A DNA stretch of 64,000 bases from Candidatus Omnitrophota bacterium (GCA_903860135.1 CAIOPG010000008.1:64127-128126), one strand, 5' to 3'; numbered from the stretch's first letter, positions 9,201-18,882 are shown. Notes: generated from the letters alone by a model not told the origin. Numbers and translations are program-made.

Positions 9201-10021
9201 CGCAGGAGGGCGAAGTTTTTGCCGGTGTTGATCTCTTTCTCGATTTCGGGGATCACGACCTGGCGCATGACGTCGCTCGCTGATCGGGCGGCGTCGCGGA
9301 TGTCGGCATTGTTCATCTGGCCCATGCCGGCGGCCGGATCCTTCATGTTCTGCTTGAGCGCCAGGTAATCTTCTTCCATCATGACCTTCATGCGCGTCGC
9401 ACCGAGGATCGCGGTATCACCCACCTCATAAACCTTGGCCTGATCGGGCATGATCCAGACTTTATTGAAGGTATTGGTCGGCAGGTCAGCGGTACCGAGC
9501 ACCTGGGTAACCCTGGCGTACACGCGTGACCAGAATTCCTTGCCCAGGTCTTTTTCAGGATAAATGAGTGAAGCGGTCAGCTGTTTGAGCACATAGTCCT
9601 GCGCCAGAAGGTCGCGGCCCATTTCAGTCTGGCCAAAGGCTTCAGGCACAATGCGGTCGTGTTCGTAGGGCGACAGGTTGACCCATAGGTCTTTTTCAGG
9701 GATGGTGAGCGAGGCAAGGAAATATTTAACGAGTTTTTCGGTTTCGGTCTTGATGAGCGCCTGATTGGCATCTGTATCGCCGCTGTCGACGATAAAATCA
9801 AACACCAGGGGCTGGTCAGGGTACACCTTGACCGCGCGCAGAGACACCGGCATATACGCGGCGCTCGGCAGAACCATGGCACCGGGCCTGGGCAGGTCCA
9901 TCACGCCCTGGGCATAACCGGCCGGCAGAAGGCCTGTCAGCATAAAGCAAACCACGACCACTGCGGCTACCGTTTTTCTTAATCCCCGACCACAAGACGT
10001 TCTGTCAAAATGACCCAACAT
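6239..10021 (-). CDS. giant secreted protein (1260 aa): signal peptide, conserved N-terminal module, AT-rich variable core, conserved ~55 aa C-terminal domain
   Basis: Signal-peptide-like N-terminus AAVVVVCFMLTGLLPAGYAQG. The N-terminal ~230 aa are homologous to ORF 23135..23902, with about 85-90% nucleotide identity over a ~160 bp stretch (9550-9700 vs 23500-23660). The C-terminal GGIDFDPAQLNL...GFRPVILNITPVKSL is shared with ORFs 22730..23050 and 63125..63964. GC is ~42% across 6480-8750 versus ~60% in the flanks. Confidence 0.7.
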   Translation of the reverse strand: MLGHFDRTSCGRGLRKTVAAVVVVCFMLTGLLPAGYAQGVMDLPRPGAMVLPSAAYMPVSLRAVKVYPDQPLVFDFIVDSGDTDANQALIKTETEKLVKYFLASLTIPEKDLWVNLSPYEHDRIVPEAFGQTEMGRDLLAQDYVLKQLTASLIYPEKDLGKEFWSRVYARVTQVLGTADLPTNTFNKVWIMPDQAKVYEVGDTAILGATRMKVMMEEDYLALKQNMKDPAAGMGQMNNADIRDAARSASDVMRQVVIPEIEKEINTGKNFALLRQVYQAMVLAMWYKNNLKDSLLGQVYADKNKVDGVDILDKTDKEKIYQRYIAAYKEGVFNYIKEDVDPVTQETLPRKYFSGGFQGTELAAKVRENAQKVDRAEKLPVQVRDAADAGHDLSSVKVAITQKPGKPEARPQTTFDRAATPQEQVEFVKSSNLPERAKVHFERSQVDAPERATLFFAAENGFGHLIDRWDDNDVAGQKEQLVKIEKIKMFYEKNNRHSQQIIQAAERHDISAIDRIYEEARVNELDGPKETKPALFLAKTENPPKPIDLTTMSVSDVQDVVGQYIENGITEEEARKLKVKEPFSFETQEKSDRNDAVFQAALKSGVLGVQYFVTNIKRASENSHIAYLEFMKQISQQYNGYVQIFLSVEESVKVLRGDGCGMTSAVQAVQNTMGYEFFKNANVNIITDGGTKDRGGPPTVKNGHIGNFPTANGSRYYLEVMKTILAVRSQMLHFGEGAQRRLVWAASDGTYNFVGGIKVGSRQISELKNDGNFGVTILGVPGQVFAPQDKQAVFQALDELVQANDGKEDGITENAVIKKSPALAAAIARIKKNKWHDLGENFADSNTGVQKLFQEKPTPVQMLFMLKKIDTNSIIPNAFLLVYTGDAFDQQQVAYKEGVMNGQSARIFPGSYFDLTVGKQYNPAFFATLSAEEQKFYTAVTKPVSVKEDKILVGQVNGFQDDGNVDRYIRGFHDKAKSMPGKETRIGRVQIDETIELVVPDGAHVILENVTIRNPDPTKRVKLILDGNSYLQNSKFIVPDNLHLKDFILQESDINMPLTAAPGIANVALQGVVVGNEEPTVWDISSNGWEKVSKLELYENEIIISLVHTGGPRFVNRSLIADYKGTSFADIIHGRFDEMAVTNPRLIIPASRESGVEPITMKNFLGQDGKTSVNSRDVQWTLNHVKMTAERQSLMREVRDNSATGGIDFDPAQLNLKVERTGAGMKVTVDPAELARIKADGVSGFRPVILNITPVKSLLPS

Positions 10022-10147
10022 AGAACTCCTTTTGATTATTAAGTTCCACCACCATTGTTGTGAATATAACCCGATTGGTAACGAATATTATAACCATACA
10101 CTATAATTTTACGGGAAGCAACCCCATGACCAAAAATACAAAGAAAA

Positions 10148-10417
10148 CTACGCTCCGCATTTACCGGCGTGGGGGCAGGAGGCGGCGCAGGGAGGTGGGG
10201 TAGCGGGTTTGGCTTCTGTCTTGGGGGCATCTTTCTTCTTATAATCGGTTTCATAGAAACCGGTCCCTTTGAAGATAACGCCATTGCCTGACCCTATGAG
10301 GCGGTGCAGTTCTTTCTTGTGGCACCGGGGGCAATCGGTCAGCTTGAGCGCCTGCATGGACTGCAATTCTTCAAACGCATGGCCGCACGCGGCACATTCA
10401 TATTCGTACGTAGGCAT
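10148..10417 (-). CDS. FmdB family zinc-ribbon protein
   Basis: MPTYEYECAACGHAFE...CPRCH is the classic FmdB CxxC...CxxC motif. It sits immediately downstream of dnaJ. Confidence 0.75.
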   Translation of the reverse strand: MPTYEYECAACGHAFEELQSMQALKLTDCPRCHKKELHRLIGSGNGVIFKGTGFYETDYKKKDAPKTEAKPATPPPCAASCPHAGKCGA

Positions 10418-10426
10418 AACAACCTC

Positions 10427-11557
10427 TTATTTGAAAACCTTTTTGATTTTATCCGCGATCGAACCGCCGTGGACCTCTTCACCGCTGGCTTTGGCGAATT
10501 CTTCGAGCAGGCGGCGTTGTTCGGCGGTCAGTTTCTTGGGAACATCGACCATGACCCGGGCATAAAGATCACCGGTCGTCCCGGCATCATGCACATCGGG
10601 CATGCCCTTGGCCTTGAAGCGGAACACCTTGCCGCTTTCTGTTCCCGGCGGCAATTTCATGGTCACCGGGCCGGCCAGCGTATCGGCCGTTACCTCGCCG
10701 CCGAGCGCGGCCTGCGTGAAACTGACCAGCAGGTCCATCTCAAGATCCTTTCCCGAACGGCGGAACTTGGGATGGACGCTCACACGGATGGAAATATACA
10801 GGTCCCCCGCACCGCCCTGGCCAACCTCGCCCTCGCCGCGCATGCGCATCTGGGAATCATTGTCGAGCCCCGGCGGAAAAGTGACATCAATGTTGCGCAC
10901 CACACGGTTATGCCCGGCCCCGCGGCACACCGGGCACGTTTCCTTGATAACACGCCCGGCGCCCCGGCAGGACGGACACGCCTGCGCCATACGGAAAAAC
11001 CCGCTGTTAACCATGACCTGCCCCTGCCCGCCGCACGCGGCACAGGTGCTCAGCGCGGTGCCGCCCTTCGCCCCGGTGCCCTGGCAATCCCGGCAGGATT
11101 CATTGCGCGGAACCTTGATGGTTTTCTTGATCCCCTTGAAAGCTTCTTCGAGCGGGATCTCCACCTCGTACTGAATGTCCCTCCCGCGCGCCGCCCGGCG
11201 TGAACGCCGCCCGCCGCCGCCGCCAAAGGCATCGCCAAAGAAATGCCCCAGGATCTCGTCCATATTCCCTTCGCCAAAGACGCTCGAGAAATCCGCGCCA
11301 CGGAAAATATCCTCGGACGTGTAATTCTGGTCGATCCCCGAATGGCCGTACTGGTCATACGTCTGCCGCTTCTTGACGTCAGACAGGACGCCATAGGCCT
11401 CGGATATCTCCTTGAACCGCTCTTCCGCGGCTTTCTTTTCTTTCTCTTCAACGCGGTCGGGATGAAAGCGCATCGCCAGCTGGCGGTACACCTTCTTGAT
11501 CTCTTCAGCGCTGGCGTCTTTCTTGATCCCGAGGATCTCGTAATAATCTTTTTTCAT
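10427..11557 (-). CDS. dnaJ: molecular chaperone DnaJ
   Basis: J-domain with HPD (MRFHPDR), a G/F-rich linker and a four CxxCxGxG zinc-finger region. Confidence 0.9.
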   Translation of the reverse strand: MKKDYYEILGIKKDASAEEIKKVYRQLAMRFHPDRVEEKEKKAAEERFKEISEAYGVLSDVKKRQTYDQYGHSGIDQNYTSEDIFRGADFSSVFGEGNMDEILGHFFGDAFGGGGGRRSRRAARGRDIQYEVEIPLEEAFKGIKKTIKVPRNESCRDCQGTGAKGGTALSTCAACGGQGQVMVNSGFFRMAQACPSCRGAGRVIKETCPVCRGAGHNRVVRNIDVTFPPGLDNDSQMRMRGEGEVGQGGAGDLYISIRVSVHPKFRRSGKDLEMDLLVSFTQAALGGEVTADTLAGPVTMKLPPGTESGKVFRFKAKGMPDVHDAGTTGDLYARVMVDVPKKLTAEQRRLLEEFAKASGEEVHGGSIADKIKKVFK

Positions 11558-13467
11558 TTATCATCCTGAACCTTAAAATCCGCGTCGATCACATCATCCT
11601 TGCCGCCCGACGGTTTCTCATTGTTCTGCGCCTGCCCGGGCTTCGCGTCCGGGCCGCACCCGCCGCCGCAACCTGGTTCGGCACCTGCCGCACCGGGCTG
11701 GGCCGCCTGGGCCTTATACATTTCTTCTGCCAATTTATGGCTGACCTTGGTCAATGCTTCCGTCGCGGCCTTGATCCGGTCAGGCGCCTTGTCCTTCACC
11801 GCCTGCTTGAGGGCCTCGAGTTCCTTGAGGATGCTGTCCCTCTCGGCCTGCGGCACCTTGTCGCCGTAATCCTTGAGCGATTTCTCGGTGGCATAGACAA
11901 GGGTATTGGCCTGGTTCTCGATCTCGACTTCATCCTTGCGCTTTTTGTCTTCTTCGGCGTATTTCTCGGCTTCCTTGACCATCTTCTGGATCTCTTCTTC
12001 GGAAAGTTTCTTCGGCGAAGTGATCCGGATGGACTGTTCCTTGCCCGTCGCCTTGTCCTTGGCATGAACATGCACAATACCGTTGACGTCGATGTCAAAG
12101 GTCACTTCGATCTGCGGGATGCCGCGCGGTGCCGGAGGAATACCCACAAGGTCGAAACGGCCGAGTTCGGTATTGTCATTGGCCATCTGGCGCTCGCCCT
12201 GCAGGACACGGATGGTGACCGCCGGCTGATTATCGTCGGCCGTCGAAAAGACCTGGCTTTTCTTGGTCGGGATGGTCGTATTGCGTTCAATGATACGGGT
12301 CGAAACGCCGCCCATGGTCTCGATCCCCAGCGACAACGGCGTCACGTCAAGGAGCAGAACATCCTTCACATCACCCTTGATGATGCCGCCCTGGACTGCC
12401 GCCCCGAGCGCCACGCACTCCATGGGGTCAATGCCGCGTTCGATCTTCTGGCCGACCTCTTTCTCGACGAAGCTCTGCACAATGGGCATGCGTGTCGGAC
12501 CGCCGACCATGATGATCTTGTCAACTTTGACATCCTGCCCGAGCTTGGTTGTCGCATCCTTGAGCGCCTGGCGGATCGGTCCGCGGCAACGCTCGACAAT
12601 AGGGCCGACCAGGCTTTCAAGCTTCGCGCGGTCAATCGACAGCGTCAAATGCTTGGGGCCTGTGGCATCGGCCGTGATGAACGGCAGGTTGATATCCGTC
12701 TGGATCGTCGAAGAAAGTTCAACCTTGGCTTTTTCCGCCGCTTCACGCAGGCGCTGGAAGGCCATCTTGTCCTGCATCAGGTCAATGCCGGTCTCTTTCT
12801 TGAACTCGCCCACAATGTGCGCAATGATGACATTGTCCATGTCCGTGCCACCGAGGAGATTGTCGCCGCTGGTCGAAAGGACCTCGAAGGTGCCGCCTTC
12901 GCCCATCTCAAGGATCGTGACGTCGAGCGTACCGCCGCCCAGGTCAAACACCATGATCTTCTGTTCCTTGCCCGCTTTATCAACACCATACGCCAGGCAG
13001 GCCGCTGTGGGCTCATTGATGATGCGCAGGACCTTGAGGCCCGCGATCTCGCCCGCGTCTTTGGTGGCCTGACGCTGGTTATCATTGAAATACGCCGGCA
13101 CCGTGATGACCGCGCCTTCGACGGTGTCCCCCAGGTATTTCTCGGCATCATCCTTGATCTTCTGAAGGATGAACGCGGAGATCTGCTGGGGAGTGAACTC
13201 TTTACCCATCACGCTGAACTTGTGATCTGTGCCCATCTTGCGCTTGGCGGCATAAACCGTCCCTTCAGAATTCATCGCGGCCTGACGACGGGCGGGCTCA
13301 CCTACGAGCCGCTGGCCGTCTTTGGTGAACGCCACAAACGACGGGAACGCTTTGCCCGATGCCACGCCCGCGCCTTCGGCTGACGGGATAATGACCGGAC
13401 GGCCACCCTCAAGGAGCGCCGCGGCCGAATTGGATGTTCCAAGATCGATACCGATAACTCTACCCAT
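11554..13467 (-). CDS. dnaK: molecular chaperone DnaK (Hsp70)
   Basis: [18 protein letters not shown] and the rest of the Hsp70 architecture; 637 aa. Confidence 0.9.
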   Translation of the reverse strand: MGRVIGIDLGTSNSAAALLEGGRPVIIPSAEGAGVASGKAFPSFVAFTKDGQRLVGEPARRQAAMNSEGTVYAAKRKMGTDHKFSVMGKEFTPQQISAFILQKIKDDAEKYLGDTVEGAVITVPAYFNDNQRQATKDAGEIAGLKVLRIINEPTAACLAYGVDKAGKEQKIMVFDLGGGTLDVTILEMGEGGTFEVLSTSGDNLLGGTDMDNVIIAHIVGEFKKETGIDLMQDKMAFQRLREAAEKAKVELSSTIQTDINLPFITADATGPKHLTLSIDRAKLESLVGPIVERCRGPIRQALKDATTKLGQDVKVDKIIMVGGPTRMPIVQSFVEKEVGQKIERGIDPMECVALGAAVQGGIIKGDVKDVLLLDVTPLSLGIETMGGVSTRIIERNTTIPTKKSQVFSTADDNQPAVTIRVLQGERQMANDNTELGRFDLVGIPPAPRGIPQIEVTFDIDVNGIVHVHAKDKATGKEQSIRITSPKKLSEEEIQKMVKEAEKYAEEDKKRKDEVEIENQANTLVYATEKSLKDYGDKVPQAERDSILKELEALKQAVKDKAPDRIKAATEALTKVSHKLAEEMYKAQAAQPGAAGAEPGCGGGCGPDAKPGQAQNNEKPSGGKDDVIDADFKVQDDK

Positions 13468-13539
13468 AACTACCTCCTGTTAATGACGGATCATCATCCG
13501 CCACATCATTCGGGCGGGTTTGAAACCCGCCCCTACATG

Positions 13540-14073
13540 TTAATTTTTCTTTGAAACCTTCACTTTGGCGGTGCGTACCACGCGTCCGCCTAAGGTGTAA
13601 CCTTTTTGAAACACTTCAAGCACGGTGCCGTCTTCATGATCGGCGGATTCAAAGACCATGAGCGCCTCGTGATTTTCATGGTCGAACTTAAGCCCCAGGG
13701 CTTCGATCTCGCGCACATCGTACTTCTTTAATAACTGCTGCATCCGGGCATAGACCATTTCCACGCCCTTTAAAAGGATCTCGCCTTCGGCCGGGCTGGC
13801 CTTGGCCGCCGCGATCGTGCGCTCAAAATCCTCAAAGAACCCCAGGAGTTCAATGATCACTTCCTCATGCGCGTATTTGATCAAGGCCGCCCGGTCACGT
13901 TCATGGCGCTTGCGCATATTATCAAAATCAGCAAATAAACGGACATAGGCTTCTTTCGCTTCTGCCAACTCCTGCCGGAGTTTATCCGCCTCGCTGACAA
14001 CAACCTCTTCAGGTGCCGCCACCGGCTGTTCTTCTATATTTTTATTCTCATCGTCCATATTTCTCCAGAACAT
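13540..14073 (-). CDS. grpE: nucleotide exchange factor GrpE
   Basis: FADFDNMRKR motif and a GrpE-like C-terminus, positioned between hrcA and dnaK. Confidence 0.85.
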   Translation of the reverse strand: MFWRNMDDENKNIEEQPVAAPEEVVVSEADKLRQELAEAKEAYVRLFADFDNMRKRHERDRAALIKYAHEEVIIELLGFFEDFERTIAAAKASPAEGEILLKGVEMVYARMQQLLKKYDVREIEALGLKFDHENHEALMVFESADHEDGTVLEVFQKGYTLGGRVVRTAKVKVSKKN

Positions 14074-14080
14074 ATTAGGG

Positions 14081-14809
14081 TCAAAGTGTATCGTGCATCA
14101 GTTCCGCCACATATTCGAGCGTGGATACCACACGCGGATAATCCATCCGCACCGGCCCCAGGACCGCGATGCGCCCCGAAAGCCCGCCACGGGTGTTGAA
14201 CCGCGACACCGCCATCGCGCAATCCTCAAAAGCCGGGCAATCTGTTTCCTGCCCGATATAAACCTTGATCCGGCGGTCAAGGTCACGTCTCAACACCGCC
14301 AGGATCCGGTCTTTTTCCTCGAGCACTTTAAGGATAGCGACCATCTTCTGCAAACCCTGGGTGCCCACGGCTTCTGCCAGATAATTCATCCCGCGAAAAA
14401 TATATCCGTCGGGCTTGGCATCGATGCTGACAATGCTCATGCAATGCGTTGTTTCCGCGATCACCAGCGTTGTCATTTCTGCCAGCGCTTCCAGCTCTTC
14501 AATGCCGCGTTCATATTCTTTACGGATATGCAGCCGCTCTTCATCAAGCAGGGCCATTTCCTTCATCAGGAAATCAACATAATAACGGTACCCCCGCTCG
14601 GTCGGCACACGGCCCGCCGATGTGTGCGGATGCGTCAGATACCCATCCTCTTCGAGTTCCCCGAAAATATTGCGGATAGTCGCGGAACTGATATCCTGCT
14701 CATACTCATCGGCAATGAACGCGGAACTGATCGGCGTCGTCGTACGGATATAATGCCGGACCACCATGCCGAGAATGATATCTTTACGTTGATAAGGATC
14801 TGCACGCAT
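14081..14809 (-). CDS. hrcA: heat-inducible transcription repressor HrcA (short form)
   Basis: SSATIRNIFGELEEDGYLTHPHTSAGRVPTERGYRYYVD is the HrcA wHTH signature. At 242 aa it is about 100 aa shorter than typical HrcA. Confidence 0.75.
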   Translation of the reverse strand: MRADPYQRKDIILGMVVRHYIRTTTPISSAFIADEYEQDISSATIRNIFGELEEDGYLTHPHTSAGRVPTERGYRYYVDFLMKEMALLDEERLHIRKEYERGIEELEALAEMTTLVIAETTHCMSIVSIDAKPDGYIFRGMNYLAEAVGTQGLQKMVAILKVLEEKDRILAVLRRDLDRRIKVYIGQETDCPAFEDCAMAVSRFNTRGGLSGRIAVLGPVRMDYPRVVSTLEYVAELMHDTL

Positions 14810-14922
14810 AACGGTTTCCTTGCCTGACAGGGTTTAGCACTCTTGTCCTTGATTTGCCAAGCGCGCATTATAAAAAAAACACACCCCTGTGTCAACGTAT
14901 TTGCATCACAAAAAACAAATGA

Positions 14923-17055
14923 TCACACAACGATCCTGATCCCGCCCTCCTTGGCGGCATCGACCGTGATGGCCGCACCATCCTTGACATCCCCTTTCAG
15001 GATCCGGAGTGCCAAAGGATCCTGCACCGTACGCTGGATGAGCCGTTTCAGGGGCCTGGCCCCAAACTGCGGGTCATACCCTTCCTGGGCCAGCCAGGCA
15101 CGCGCCTTGTCCGTCACCTTGAGCGTCATCTTGCGTTCGGCCAGCCGCCGCGCCAGGATCGCCATCTGCATATCCACAATATGGATCACCGCCTCTTTCT
15201 TCAACCGCTCAAATACGATCACTTCATCGATACGATTCAGGAATTCAGGCCGAAAATGCCCCTGCAAGGCCCCGCGGATACGCGCCTCAACCACGCTCTT
15301 GGCCTGCTCTTCGAGGGCATATTCCGTTCCGATATTGGACGTCATGACAATGATCGTATTCTTGAAATTGATCGTACGCCCATGGCTGTCGGTCAGGCGC
15401 CCGTCGTCGAGGATCTGTAAAAGGACATTAAAAACATCCGGATGCGCTTTCTCGATCTCATCGAGAAGGACAACACAATAGGGGCGACGGCGCACGGCTT
15501 CAGCGAGCTGTCCGCCTTCTTCATACCCCACATACCCCGGAGGCGCTCCCACAAGGCGGGCCACCGAATGTTTTTCCATGTATTCGCTCATGTCCAGTCG
15601 CACCATGGCATTCTCGTCATCAAACAGGAATTCCGCCAGTGCCTTGGTCAGCTCCGTCTTCCCCACACCCGTCGGGCCGACAAAGATGAACGAGCCCATG
15701 GGCCGGTGCGGGTCATTGAGCCCCGCCCGCGAACGGCGCACACACGCCGCCACCAGGTCCAGCGCATCATCCTGCCCCACCACGCGCTTCTTCAACGCCT
15801 CCTCGATATGCACCAGTTTCCCGGCCTCGCCCTGACAAATGCGTTCCACCGGGATCTTGGTCCATTTCGCCACCACCGCCGCAATATCTTCCTCGCCCAC
15901 TTCTTCTTTTAGCAGGGGCTGTCCGCCCTGAAGCGCCAACAATACCGTATTCTTTGTATCGAGCTCTCGCTTCAATTCAACCAGCTTCCCGTAACGCAAT
16001 TCCGAGGCGCGCGCCAGATCGCCGGAACGCTCGGCCCTGGCTTCTTCAAGTTTGAACTGCTCCATGCTGGCTTTGATCTGACGCATCGTATCAATGACGG
16101 CCTTCTCTTTCTGCCAGCGCTTGCGCAGGTCGAGATTAATTTCTTTAAGGCCCTTCAACTGGGACTCCAGTTTCTCCAGGCGCTCTTTGGAGGCATCATC
16201 TTTTTCCTTCACCAGCGCCTGGCGCTCGATCTCGAGCTTCCGCACCTGCCGCTCATTCTCATCCAGGGCATGCGGCATGCTGTCAATGGCGATGCGCAGG
16301 CGCGAGGCCGCCTCATCAATCAAGTCTACCGCCTTGTCGGGCAGGAACCTGTCGGCAATATAACGGTCGGACATCACCGCCGCCGCCACGATCGCCGGGT
16401 CCTGGATGCGCACCCCATGATGCACCTCATAACGCTCCTTGAGCCCACGCAGGATCGCGATCGTATCCTCGACCGACGGCTCTGCCACCATGACCGGCTG
16501 GAACCGGCGTTCCAGGGCCGGGTCTTTTTCAATGTGCGTGCGATACTCATCGAGCGTTGTCGCCCCCACACAGCGCAGGGACCCCCGCGCCAGGGCAGGC
16601 TTCAACATATTCGACGCATCGAGCGCCCCATCCGCCCGCCCGGCACCCACGATCGTATGCAATTCATCAATGAAAAGCACGATCTCGCCAGCCTTGTCTT
16701 CCACTTCCTTTAACAGCGCCCGCAGACGCTCTTCAAACTCGCCACGAAATTTCGCCCCGGCCAACAAGGATCCCATATCAAGCGAAACCACCTTCTTGCC
16801 CTTGAGGCTTTCGGGGACATCCTGGGTCACAATGCGCTGGGCCAGCCCTTCCACGATCGCCGTCTTCCCGACCCCCGGCTCACCGATCAGGACCGGATTG
16901 TTCTTGGTGCGCCGCGACAACACCTGCACCACACGCCGGATCTCCTCATCACGCCCGATCACCGGATCAAGTTTCCCCTGGGCCGCCAACGCCGTCAGGT
17001 CCCGTCCGTATTTATCCAATGGACTTCTATTGTCGTCCTGATTTTCCATCTGCAT
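14923..17055 (-). CDS. clpB: ATP-dependent chaperone ClpB lacking the N-terminal domain
   Basis: It starts directly in NBD1 ([18 protein letters not shown]). A coiled-coil middle domain is present, and the second Walker A is [15 protein letters not shown]; 710 aa. Confidence 0.85.
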   Translation of the reverse strand: MQMENQDDNRSPLDKYGRDLTALAAQGKLDPVIGRDEEIRRVVQVLSRRTKNNPVLIGEPGVGKTAIVEGLAQRIVTQDVPESLKGKKVVSLDMGSLLAGAKFRGEFEERLRALLKEVEDKAGEIVLFIDELHTIVGAGRADGALDASNMLKPALARGSLRCVGATTLDEYRTHIEKDPALERRFQPVMVAEPSVEDTIAILRGLKERYEVHHGVRIQDPAIVAAAVMSDRYIADRFLPDKAVDLIDEAASRLRIAIDSMPHALDENERQVRKLEIERQALVKEKDDASKERLEKLESQLKGLKEINLDLRKRWQKEKAVIDTMRQIKASMEQFKLEEARAERSGDLARASELRYGKLVELKRELDTKNTVLLALQGGQPLLKEEVGEEDIAAVVAKWTKIPVERICQGEAGKLVHIEEALKKRVVGQDDALDLVAACVRRSRAGLNDPHRPMGSFIFVGPTGVGKTELTKALAEFLFDDENAMVRLDMSEYMEKHSVARLVGAPPGYVGYEEGGQLAEAVRRRPYCVVLLDEIEKAHPDVFNVLLQILDDGRLTDSHGRTINFKNTIIVMTSNIGTEYALEEQAKSVVEARIRGALQGHFRPEFLNRIDEVIVFERLKKEAVIHIVDMQMAILARRLAERKMTLKVTDKARAWLAQEGYDPQFGARPLKRLIQRTVQDPLALRILKGDVKDGAAITVDAAKEGGIRIVV

Positions 17056-17087
17056 ATCATGCCCCTTCCGTAACCCTCATCACCATA

Positions 17088-17114
17088 TTATCACTCAGAT
17101 ACCAAGAGTGCTAA
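17088..17114. promoter_or_regulatory. CIRCE element (HrcA operator) upstream of clpB
   Basis: TTATCACTC-N9-GAGTGCTAA, one mismatch from the TTAGCACTC-N9-GAGTGCTAA consensus, 33 nt upstream of the clpB start codon. Confidence 0.7.
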
Positions 17115-17126
17115 TTGTTCTCGCTT

Positions 17127-17158
17127 AAAAAACCCCTTGGCTAAATCACACCAAGGGG
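17127..17158 (-). terminator. rho-independent terminator (minus strand)
   Basis: CCCCTTGG-11 nt loop-CCAAGGGG with a T6 run on the minus strand, separating the DUF2442 gene from the clpB promoter. Confidence 0.5.
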
Positions 17159-17333
17159 TGCATCTATTTCGAAATTAATACAACCTGCGAATTTTGTCAA
17201 GTATTTTTCATCAGAGATGTTGAATTGCCGACGATGAAACATGAAAATCACACACGTTTACAACAACGGAACGGCTTGAAACCGTTCCCTACGAAAATTT
17301 TCACATTAACCAATATCTGTCACCTTGACATCC

Positions 17334-17591
17334 TCACGCATGCGTCATTACAGGAGCCTGTGGCACCGCAAACGGTATAATAGCATCAATAGAAAGATCC
17401 TCGTCGATCAAGGGCCAATGGATACCATATCCGGAAGAAGTCACCTCGCAATACCGACGCTGATCCATAGATGAACGTGCAAGCCGAGCAGAGATCTTTC
17501 GAACCTCAACCCGATAACCAACCTCATCAATATTCAATAACATATAACCATGATCAAAAGAAATATCAGTAACACTATGTATTTTCTTCAT
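17334..17591 (-). CDS. DUF2442 domain protein
   Basis: 85 aa partner of a DUF4160 gene, with a 1-nt gap between the two. Confidence 0.55.
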   Translation of the reverse strand: MKKIHSVTDISFDHGYMLLNIDEVGYRVEVRKISARLARSSMDQRRYCEVTSSGYGIHWPLIDEDLSIDAIIPFAVPQAPVMTHA

Positions 17592-17592
17592 A

Positions 17593-17844
17593 TCAACGCC
17601 TTTCCTTCAATTCCTGCCATCTCTCAGTAATATAATCGAAATGATCAAAAATAATTCTACGGATCTCCCGTGATTCACTGGCTTTAAGCCCATATGAAAA
17701 GGCTTCCCGGACGTCAAACGTTTTTGAATCAAGCCAGAATTTACATTCAACCCCAGCTTTCCGCGCATGAATATGCATGGGCTCATGAGACTCATTGGAA
17801 TAAAAAAACAGTCGCCATCCGGATATTTCAAGTATTGTCGGCAT
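17593..17844 (-). CDS. DUF4160 domain protein
   Basis: 83 aa; the MHIHARKAGVECKFWL motif is typical of DUF4160. Confidence 0.6.
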   Translation of the reverse strand: MPTILEISGWRLFFYSNESHEPMHIHARKAGVECKFWLDSKTFDVREAFSYGLKASESREIRRIIFDHFDYITERWQELKERR

Positions 17845-17895
17845 AATTATAACCCAATTAAACTCATATCGAAACGATTTGAAACCGTTCTTCCA

Positions 17896-18099
17896 TTATT
17901 GATCAATCCCCTCAAAAAGCTCCTTTAAATCCTTTGTCTTAGTCACTCTCCCAGTCTTAATATCAATGGTCGCCCGACGTTCGTCAGCTTGCCACTCTTG
18001 CGTATAAAAATACTGCTGATCCTTTGGCACTGCAATCTGATTATTGTGTCCTAATTGGTATTGCATCAATGCCCCCTCCAAACATAACATCTGCATCAC
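17896..18099 (-). CDS. small hypothetical protein translationally coupled to vapC
   Basis: 67 aa ORF whose ATG overlaps the vapC stop (ATGA). Confidence 0.3.
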   Translation of the reverse strand: MMQMLCLEGALMQYQLGHNNQIAVPKDQQYFYTQEWQADERRATIDIKTGRVTKTKDLKELFEGIDQ

Positions 18100-18539
18100 G
18101 CGATGTCAAAGTGTTGCACATCAAAGGGATTAAATACCGACGCGCCGGTCATGGCGACATCTTTGGCATTGCGCGTGACGAGGGTCAAATTATGATGAAT
18201 CGCCGTAGCCGCCAAAAGGCCGTCGATCACAGGGATCAATACTTTGTTTTTCTGCGCATGACCGGCAATTACGCCCCAGCGGTCAGCCACACCTTCACTC
18301 ACTGGAATAATACGCCCTTCAAAACGGCGACGCAGGTCTTTTTCCAGCCAGGCCTCGATACTCACCCGGCGACCAGCGTCCGTCAGGGCGGCAACTCCTT
18401 TTCTAATTTCACCCAGCGTCAGAACACTCAAATAAAGCAGATCTTCATCGAGCCCTTTAAGCCATGCCGTGACCTTGGCATCAGGCCGTGGCCTGATCAA
18501 TTCGGAAATGATATTCGTATCCAGAAGAAAGCCGCTCAT
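18096..18539 (-). CDS. vapC: type II toxin VapC (PIN domain)
   Basis: MSGFLLDTNIISELIRP... with the PIN acidic residues (D6, E?, D in VIDGLLAATA and TRNAKD). Confidence 0.8.
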   Translation of the reverse strand: MSGFLLDTNIISELIRPRPDAKVTAWLKGLDEDLLYLSVLTLGEIRKGVAALTDAGRRVSIEAWLEKDLRRRFEGRIIPVSEGVADRWGVIAGHAQKNKVLIPVIDGLLAATAIHHNLTLVTRNAKDVAMTGASVFNPFDVQHFDIA

Positions 18540-18841
18540 AATGCAATGCTCCGGCCATGATCGGCATCACGTTGGAATTTAATTTCAGCACCAGACAGCG
18601 GCGACTTCGCAAAGAAATCAACCAAACTTTGCGATCCCGTATTTTTTCTAACCAGTCGCTCGAACTGCTCTGACGAAAGAATGACCACCGCCTCTTTTCC
18701 CTGGCGTGTAACCCATTGCGGCCCTTTGGTTCTAACCAACCGAAACAACTCGCTAAAACGCGCCTTGGCTACCTGCAACTGCCAGGCACCTTTCAAATTT
18801 ACGGAAACACTTCGCTTATCCAATACCTCGGCTGTAAACAT
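18536..18841 (-). CDS. phd: type II antitoxin Phd/YefM family
   Basis: KEAVVILSSEQFERL is the Phd/YefM signature. There is a 4-nt overlap with vapC. Confidence 0.8.
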   Translation of the reverse strand: MFTAEVLDKRSVSVNLKGAWQLQVAKARFSELFRLVRTKGPQWVTRQGKEAVVILSSEQFERLVRKNTGSQSLVDFFAKSPLSGAEIKFQRDADHGRSIAL

Positions 18842-18855
18842 AATATCCTTTCCTA

Positions 18856-18882
18856 TGACTAGTCTGACTAGTCTGACTAGTT
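18856..18882. promoter_or_regulatory. three tandem 9-bp repeats (TGACTAGTC x2 + TGACTAGTT), candidate Phd-VapC operator
   Basis: The repeats lie 15 nt upstream of the phd start. Each contains the palindrome ACTAGT. Confidence 0.45.

Noticed and set aside
11737-13383. 548-aa plus-strand ORF, together with many other long plus-strand ORFs (3192-4094, 10304-11203, 28192-28836, 32809-33750, 51031-51912, etc.)
   Set aside because: These lie entirely antisense to well-supported minus-strand genes (dnaK, DUF1015, dnaJ, glyA, purM, the GspE ATPase). Their translations are Arg/Ala/Pro-rich and low in complexity, as expected for shadow ORFs in 60% GC DNA.
14834-14860. CIRCE element upstream of hrcA
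   Set aside because: Only the left arm TTAGCACTC is intact. The right arm (ATTTGCCAA) matches 5/9, so it is reported as a half-site and not as a functional CIRCE feature.
14864-14888. clpB terminator (CACAC-agggg-GTGTG + T8 on the minus strand)
   Set aside because: A 5-bp stem is marginal. It is plausible, but it was not listed as a feature.
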